Of a DNA stretch of 64,000 bases, positions 56,577 through 64,000 are shown piece by piece. Source of the stretch: Octopus sinensis (taxonomy: Eukaryota). Location of the stretch: NCBI RefSeq assembly GCF_006345805.1, contig NC_043010.1, positions 19,344,001-19,408,000 on the forward strand, read 5' to 3'. Each line of letters starts with the position of its first letter. Position 1 is the first letter of the stretch. Below the pieces are notes generated by a model. The model was not told where the DNA came from. It saw only the letters and a list, made by a program, of their open reading frames with translations, and did not search any database. The position numbers were made by a program, and so were the translations under genes.

Positions 56577-56777
56577 AAGCGGCGAGCTGGCAAAATCGCA
56601 AAATGCTTAGCGGCATTTCGGCCGTCACTATGTTCTGAGTTCAAATTCCGCCGAGAACAACTTTACCTTTCATCCTTTCAGTGTCGATAAGATAAGTACC
56701 AGTTGAACACTGGGGTCAATGTAATCGGCTCGTCCCCTCCCCCAAAATTACTGCTCTTGTAGCAAAATTTGAAACCA
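56577..56777 (+). mobile_element. SINE family B
   Basis: Head and core match. Confidence 0.85.
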
Positions 56778-56822
56778 TTACTATTATTATTGTTGTTGTT
56801 GTTATTATTATTATTATTGTTG

Positions 56823-56883
<61 letters not shown>

Positions 56884-56885
56884 CC

Positions 56886-58793
56886 TTATTATTATTTGCT
56901 TTTAATCTGCCTGTTTGTTACAATCACTCGCCAAGACATACCCAGCGTCGTAGGGCGAGTGAAGGATAAGAAATGTTACAGCACGACTGGAAGCTTGGGG
57001 AGAGGAAGCAGTAGGGGCAATAACAAAATATCTTCATGTAATACGACACCGACATTTAAATTGATAGGATTTTTCTAAAGATGTGGGCAATACTTTTCAG
57101 CACAATCTTTTGGATTTCTCTGAGACATGGTTCTCCTGGGATATTATCTAGATGTTTCTAATATCCCTTTCTTATCATACCTAAGGCACCCACAATAACA
57201 GGAATAGTTCTCGCTTTAAGATGCCACATCTTTTGTATATCAATTTCCAGGTCCTTAAATTAACTTAATTTGTCAAATTCCTTTACAGATATATTTTTAT
57301 CAGCGGGAACATTTACATCTATTAGTCTACAAGTATTTTCTTCTCTATCTTTAATGACTATGTCCGGTCGATTATCCTGGATCGTTCTGTCGGTGTTGAC
57401 TGGAAAATCCCAGAAGACTGACATTTTTACCTTCAACGACTGACTTAGGGTGATGTTCATACCATTAAGCAGGAGTGCTGATTTTGTAGTGTTTACATAT
57501 TTTCCTCTGTAAATACCCGAGGTGAGATGGTCTATTGTTTCATCAAATTCATCTCAGAATCTGCATTTAGGGCCAGAACTGTTTTTGGTAAGCAAGCTTT
57601 GATCTTCTGTCGCCAATAGGAAACCTTCAGTCTCTGATGGGTTGTCGCTTGGTCTACATCAGCATTTCGGCTTTAAAGTATATACTGTCCATACAGAGGT
57701 TTCTGGCCCCACCGCTCCTCAATTTGTTTCTGCCCTTTCTTTTTTGCAGTCTGTTTGATCCGTTTTGCTTGTTTGGTGGCAGTGGTTTCAAGTTCTTCAT
57801 CTAATTCAGGGTTAATGCCATATTCCCTTGCGAATTTGCAAGCTTCCTTGACAATGGAATGTGATTTTTTGCTGCTTTCGTGTTTGCACTCAAGCTGTAG
57901 CATCCAGTCTTCTATATTAAATAAGTACCTGTTCATTGCTATTGTGGTGGTCATATAACACAGTTCTACCTGCATAATTCCTCTTCCCTATATTACTTCT
58001 AGGTAGGTACAGACGATCAAAGTCTGCTTTTGGGTGGTGTATGTTCTTAGATGTTAGTAGTTTTCTTGTCTTCCTATCCAGCATTGGAACTCTGTAAGAT
58101 TCCAGTTAATCATGTTAAAACTATATTGGACGTCTGGAAGTGCCAGGGTGTTAATGGCTTCGATGCAATTTTTAGGGTTGAATTCAGTTTTTAGTATGAG
58201 TCGTATTCTCCTGTGATATTCCTTTCTTATTTTTCCCTTCATAGTAGCGTCATGTATACCGTCTCCTTCGTTTATCCCCAGGTATTTATAGCTTCCTTGT
58301 GGGCCAAGCTTCTTGATGGTAGTGTCGGTATCTAATTTAACGGAAGCTGTTTACCTGAGCTTGTCTCTTACAAAATTTACTTTAGAACACTTATCAAGGC
58401 CCAAATCCATCCTGATGTCATTGCCGAACTCTTTAACGGTTGTTAGCAGTCCCATTAGCTCTTCGTCATTTCTAGCAAACAGCTTCAGTTCGTCCATATA
58501 AAGCAGATGATTTACTGTAATATTATCCATTTTGAACCCATACCTGGTGTTACTCAGTTCGTTTGAGAGTGGGATCAGTGCCATGCAAAAGAGTAATGGG
58601 GAGAGGGAGTCACCTTCAAAGATGCCTCGTTTGATGTTGATGTTGTTAGATTGGCTCATTCCATTACTATTGTATAGAACACTTGGCCAAGCTACCTTGT
58701 AAGAATTTGGAGATAACAAGAGAGATCTTGTATATCGCAAGGGCCTTGAGTAGCCAATTAAGTGGGACACTGTAGTTTCTACAGTCATTTCAT
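56886..58793 (-). mobile_element. 5'-truncated R4/Dong-clade LINE (RT through RLE to 3' tail)
   Basis: IKRGIFEGDSLSPLLFC, HLLYMDELKLFA, YKYLG, RPDIVIKDREENTCRLIDVNVP (PD-D/ExK); (AAT/AAC)n on both sides. Confidence 0.92.
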
Positions 58794-58794
58794 T

Positions 58795-58842
<48 letters not shown>

Positions 58843-58869
58843 ATTGTTATTATTATTATTATTATTATT

Positions 58870-59082
58870 AAGGCGGCGAGCTGGCAGTATCGTTGGCATA
58901 CCGGGCGAAATGCTAAGCGGTATTTCGTCCGTCTCTATGTTTGGAGTTCAAATTCCGCCGAGGTCGACTTTACCTTTCATCCTTTCGTGGGGTTGATGAA
59001 ATAAGTACCAGTTACGCTCTGGGGTTGATGTAACCGACTTAAACCCATCTTACAAGTTGCCCTTGTGGCAAAAATTTGAAAT
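58870..59082 (+). mobile_element. SINE family B
   Basis: Head and core match; (ATT)n upstream and (CAT)(TAT)n downstream. Confidence 0.88.
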
Positions 59083-59113
59083 CATCATCTTCATCAACAT
59101 CATCATCATCATC

Positions 59114-59173
<60 letters not shown>

Positions 59174-59189
59174 TATTTATTTATTTCAG

Positions 59190-60170
59190 GGTGAAAATGA
59201 ACTGACTGAACTCCTTCTGAAGTTGCTGAACAAATCAGGCAAACTTCACATGGTTCCAGCTTCTTTCAAGGGGAAATACGTCATAAGATTCACGGTGACC
59301 TCACAGTACACCACGGAGGAAGACATCCGAGGCGACTTCAAAACCATCCAGGACACTTCTAGTGTTGTATTGAGAGACTTGAGCTTACTAATGAACAAAA
59401 GCAAAGAGGACGAACTCATCCGGGACATACCGGAAATACCCGAAGAGAAAGCTATAATTACGTCATCGGAGGAAACAAAGCTCGAACGAACGCTGTCAAT
59501 GAAAAGACGTGATTTTGGAATGAGTCTGATTCTGAGTCATGTACCCTGCTCACCAAAATTCATAAACGGTAGCTTTGCAGCAATTTTTGATAATAATGAA
59601 ACCATTTTGGAGTTTGCGCGTCACCTGACTAGTAGCGACATCAATGGCCGACCAATTCGTCTGTCACCACGGCGCGGCGTCAAACTGAGGGAGCAGGCCA
59701 AGCAACACAGTTTGGACTTCAGCACTCTGATTCCTGGTAGACGTATGTCTACGGGAACAGCTAGATTCAAGCAGGGTTCGCTGGACACCAAAGTTGACGA
59801 CATTCTCGACTCCACTCCAGACAACTACTACAGCAATGGTTTCGACGAGGTTAATGGGAAGAAAAACGACAAAGAAGAAGGAAAAGAAAATAAAGACGAG
59901 GAGGAAGAACAAGAACTTGATGCACAAAACCAACAGCAAGAAGAGCAGCAACAACAAAAACAACAGCTTCAGGTGCTGCAGCTGCAACAGAATCAACTGC
60001 ATTCCGTATTAGCTGCATCGCAGGAGAAAGCCTCGTCTTTCCTCGATAAAATCAAGAAGCTGACACCGAAGAGGCTCACGGGTGAAACTGCTGCCAATAA
60101 CAACAGCTCCCCGGTTAAGATGTCCAACGGTTTACATATGTGTCCTCATTGTGGTAAATCGATTGTGTGA
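59190..60170 (+). CDS. HDC: HDC last coding exon (326 aa + stop): end of catalytic core plus long C-terminal extension
   Basis: tttcag|GENEL...; RFTVTSQYTT motif; FGMSLILSHVPCSPKFINGSFAAIFD resembles the insect Hdc C-terminal motif as I recall it; TGA at 60168-60170. Confidence 0.95.
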   Translation, partial: GENELTELLLKLLNKSGKLHMVPASFKGKYVIRFTVTSQYTTEEDIRGDFKTIQDTSSVVLRDLSLLMNKSKEDELIRDIPEIPEEKAIITSSEETKLERTLSMKRRDFGMSLILSHVPCSPKFINGSFAAIFDNNETILEFARHLTSSDINGRPIRLSPRRGVKLREQAKQHSLDFSTLIPGRRMSTGTARFKQGSLDTKVDDILDSTPDNYYSNGFDEVNGKKNDKEEGKENKDEEEEQELDAQNQQQEEQQQQKQQLQVLQLQQNQLHSVLAASQEKASSFLDKIKKLTPKRLTGETAANNNSSPVKMSNGLHMCPHCGKSIV

Positions 60171-60537
60171 AAAGAAAACTGCAGCGGCGGCGGCGGCGGC
60201 GGAAAGAGCAAATCCAGCCAAACATAAAGTAAACCGACCAACCAGCAAGCCAACCGGAATTGAGACAGATTAAAGAGAGATTGTTTTATTGGATTATCAT
60301 TAATAGTGTCTAGATGGTTCTATGTAATTCTAAGGAAGTGAAAACTGGTGAAACTCCATGAAATATCACACACGTACACACAACAAAAAGACATTTAAAT
60401 AGAACATTTTAAACAGAAACACGGTTAAAGCTATATAGGTATAAATGCGTGTGCGTACATGTGTGTGTTTGCGTGTATGTGTGAGTGCTCACGCGTGCAT
60501 ATATGTTATATGTGTTTAGATTACAATTGTTGTCACG

Positions 60538-60543
60538 AATAAA
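60538..60543 (+). promoter_or_regulatory. Candidate polyadenylation signal for HDC
   Basis: First AATAAA about 370 nt after the stop; later AATAAA sites also exist, so not unique. Confidence 0.35.
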
Positions 60544-63212
60544 ACAGTTTTGGTCCATGACGTGGTACAGCGAAATATTGTGATATCATGGTCGTAGCTA
60601 ACTTATTGTAACATCACTAAGAGTTTCATGTCTACAGTCAAAAATCTTTGCTTATAAAGATGATTATCAGATGAACACAAGGACTTCCCTGGTATTGTAC
60701 TGTCGGTTGCGGATGTAAGTAAAATATAGTCTTTAAATGAAGTGTAACTGCTTGCTTCTGAGAGGAAGATCAACTCCTTTACGTTAGATATTTAAGTTTA
60801 TCAATTCTAAAATTTTTCCAAATTTTAAAATGTTTCAAATATATGCTGTGTATATATACGTGTGTGTATGTATATGTGATTGTGTATATATATGTGAGTG
60901 CGTATGTATATGTAAGAGAGTATTTATAATGCGTTTCAGCGCGGGAACCCATTTAATTTGTTTCCAGGATATTAAAATGAATTTCTTGAAGTGTCTGCAT
61001 TTGTTGCAACTGTTAAATCTGACATCTGAATAAATAGTCATTACATTTGTTAAGATCCATTCGTATGAAATACTTCTCAGTATTGCACAAGCCACAGATG
61101 CTTATCCCGTTACTGTTTAGTTTGAAACGTTTAAGAATTCTCTAGCTGTATTTTGTTGTTTTCTTTTATTTTTAGATATAGTTGGATAGTTTGGTAATAT
61201 TCCTTTTTCTCTAAATTTCCGAAGAAATACATATGATTGTAAAACGATATTTGAATGTATCATCCGACATGCCAAAACAATGTTTGCTCTCTGCATGTAG
61301 GTCTTTGTTTTGTTATGATGACTCCGGTCTCGTAGATAATTGTCTCGACTTCTCACGGCTGGCTGAGAAAAACATGAATCCTTGCTTTTCTACAATTTAC
61401 TTTTAGTTGTTTAACTAGTTTCTAGAAAGAATATTTGTTATGATTATTGAGCAGCTATATCTTAGTTCCTTTTTTTCCATTAGATAATATCCGGCAACAA
61501 TAGTTTGTTGGAAAATGTTTACTGATTAAGCTTAAAATATTTTTAGTTGTTTTGAAAGGGATGTAGGGGTGAAATATACATTATCTGTGTGACAGCTTGC
61601 TGCTAGTACATTCTTCGAAATTGCTGGCCTTGTGCCAACATTTGAAACTATCATAGGGGGAAACTATATAAAAGATATCTTTATTTGAAGTTAGCATAGA
61701 GATGCTTCGAACTAATATTTAAATTAGGCTTTTGAAGACAATGGGCACACTGCTGGAATCTTTGTTGATGTCCTTCAAGGCTTATATTTATTCGTATTTA
61801 GATTGAATGTAATATCTAAGACGTTAACTATGCTCATATTTTTGGATATTGTTATTCTAATACAGAATTTACTGAAGGCGCTAATTACATATTATATATC
61901 AAACATGTGATAAAGCCAACCCATCGTCACTATACAGGCGTATATCTATGATCATGAATTTATTCTTAAATGTATCCAGGTTGTAATGACTAGTAACATC
62001 AAACATCTCTGCGATACCAAGCAAACTCATACGGGTATTAAGTCGATTAGTAGTGTCCATTATTTAAAACAAAGCAAGCTGGAGGTTTTGTCGAATTATA
62101 AGGCTTATGTGGCTTTCTATATCTGGATTTCTATGTCATTATCATTATGGGTGTTGTATGACTTGACAAAGCTTACAAATCTACTGAGTAACAATTTAGA
62201 GATGAAGGAATAAAACTAGACGATGTCTAATTGAGTAAATGTGTACTCATTTTTGAGATCAGAGACGAAATAATCCATGTGGTCTTTGAGAATTTTATAC
62301 AGTTTGCGTTTAACCGCTGCAATACTTAGTTCCCTGTGTTATTACGAATACGTAAACGAACAAACAACATGAAAGCGTACACACGCAATGTTTCTAAACT
62401 GCTTAGAATTTGGTAAAATTTGGAAATTTACTGTAAATATTTTTAATTTAAGGTTGGTAGCCAACCTCACTGAAAGACATAGATAAGTTCCTTATACCAT
62501 AATTTAGGCACAAATTCAATCAGAACTTAATGTTACAGTAGCAAAGTATAATATATATATATATATATATTAGAAAAAAAACACCTTTTATCAATTCAAG
62601 AGGAACAATTAAATTACACCATGAATTGATAAAAGATGGGGTTTTTCTAATTTATATATATATATATTATATTTTGTGAAATTTGATTTAGTATTTCTAA
62701 ATTGAATTTTTCCCTGTAAGTTAGGAATAATATTCCCTCAAATAATAATTATTATATATATATACAGGGTTCTTTTATATTTATATGATGTCTTTTGCTG
62801 CAAACATGAAACTTAAAGTTACGGAACAATAAAGTAACTGCAACTCCGATAACGCAATAAATATGATGTACTACATGCATACAGATACAGGGACACACAA
62901 ACACATACATGTATATACATACATACATACATACATACATACATACATACATACATACATACATACATAATACATATATATATATATATGTATACAGGTG
63001 TGTATGCGTATGTTAATATGGCTATCGAAACTTTTACCTATTGCTGTAGTGTATGTATTTATGCACGCAAAGGCTGAGAATATATGTATGTATGTGAGTA
63101 TGTATGAATATCTGTAAAAATTCATACATTGATACCTATATACATACATACATACATATATATATATATACAAATATGTATATACACATACATATACATA
63201 TATATGTACATA

Positions 63213-63249
<37 letters not shown>

Positions 63250-63312
63250 CGTTTTTAATGCATGTATGTATACATATACATATATACATGTATATTCATA
63301 TATATACGTATG

Positions 63313-63347
<35 letters not shown>

Positions 63348-63629
63348 AACGAGTGTGTGCAGTTACATAACAGTTTGTGAAAATCCGGTATGATTGTAGT
63401 GTAATGAAAAATGATATATATATATATACATATATATATATGTATGTGTGTGTGTGTGTATTATATATCTACACACACATGCATACATATTTAGAGGCAT
63501 ATATAATATATAAGTGTATGCGTGCATGTGTATATGTGTGCGTATGTAGTATATATTCCTAAACCTAAAACTCGAAGACTTAGAACTTAAAAACTGACAC
63601 ACAAATAATACTTTGCATCATATTTGAAT

Positions 63630-63631
63630 AG

Positions 63632-63676
<45 letters not shown>

Positions 63677-63810
63677 TATTATTATTATTATTATTATTAT
63701 ATTATTATTATTATTATATTATTATTATATTATTATTATTATCATTATTATCATTATTATTATTATTATTATTATTATATTATTATGATTATTATTATTA
63801 TTATTATTAT
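63630..63810. repeat. (TAT)n microsatellite
   Basis: Direct reading. Confidence 0.95.
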
Positions 63811-64000
63811 TTTCTTTCCGGTACCAAACAAAACGTCCATGTTTTCAGTGAAAGTGAGAGTCTATATGTATGCGTAGTTGCCATGTTTTAAGTTTATATT
63901 TGCCATCGAGAGTACAATATCGAGAGAGTAGTGTGTCGTATTGTAGGTTGGTAGTGATGATTAAATGTTGAATATATTAATCAGAAAAAAATATTTACAT

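Noticed and set aside
59076-59189. N-terminal part of the 364-aa ORF (MKSSSS...LLLL)
   Set aside because: Intronic SINE tail and microsatellite; the exon begins at 59190

Overview
AT-rich, extremely microsatellite-dense eukaryotic genomic DNA. The repeat families resemble those of octopus or another coleoid cephalopod; this is inference from pattern recognition, not a search. The only host protein-coding gene I can support is a + strand histidine decarboxylase (HDC, group II PLP-dependent decarboxylase). Nine coding exons were assembled by hand with GT-AG boundaries and consistent phases (29156-29290, 30795-30938, 33076-33142, 34391-34553, 39627-39697, 42247-42266, 53265-53363, 55495-55596, 59190-60170), giving 593 aa to the stop. 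The N-terminal exons were not found and probably lie left of the window. The rest is transposon debris: two decayed mariners, four R4/Dong-like LINE fragments beside trinucleotide tracts, three Tx1/L1-like fragments (one embedded in (GATA)n), two CR1-like 3' ends, an RTE-like zinc-finger tail, hAT MITEs, many tRNA-derived SINEs, and several Penelope-like (PLE) remnants carrying type I hammerhead-ribozyme motifs. The most interesting items are a fully canonical hammerhead antisense to HDC just upstream of an exon (53122-53208); a tRNA-headed, hammerhead-containing SINE-like element with a PLE-style inverted 5' duplication (43176-43607); a Tx1-like LINE apparently targeting (TATC)n; and inverted SINE pairs bracketing HDC exons. 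Repeat boundaries are approximate unless a TSD or TIR is quoted.
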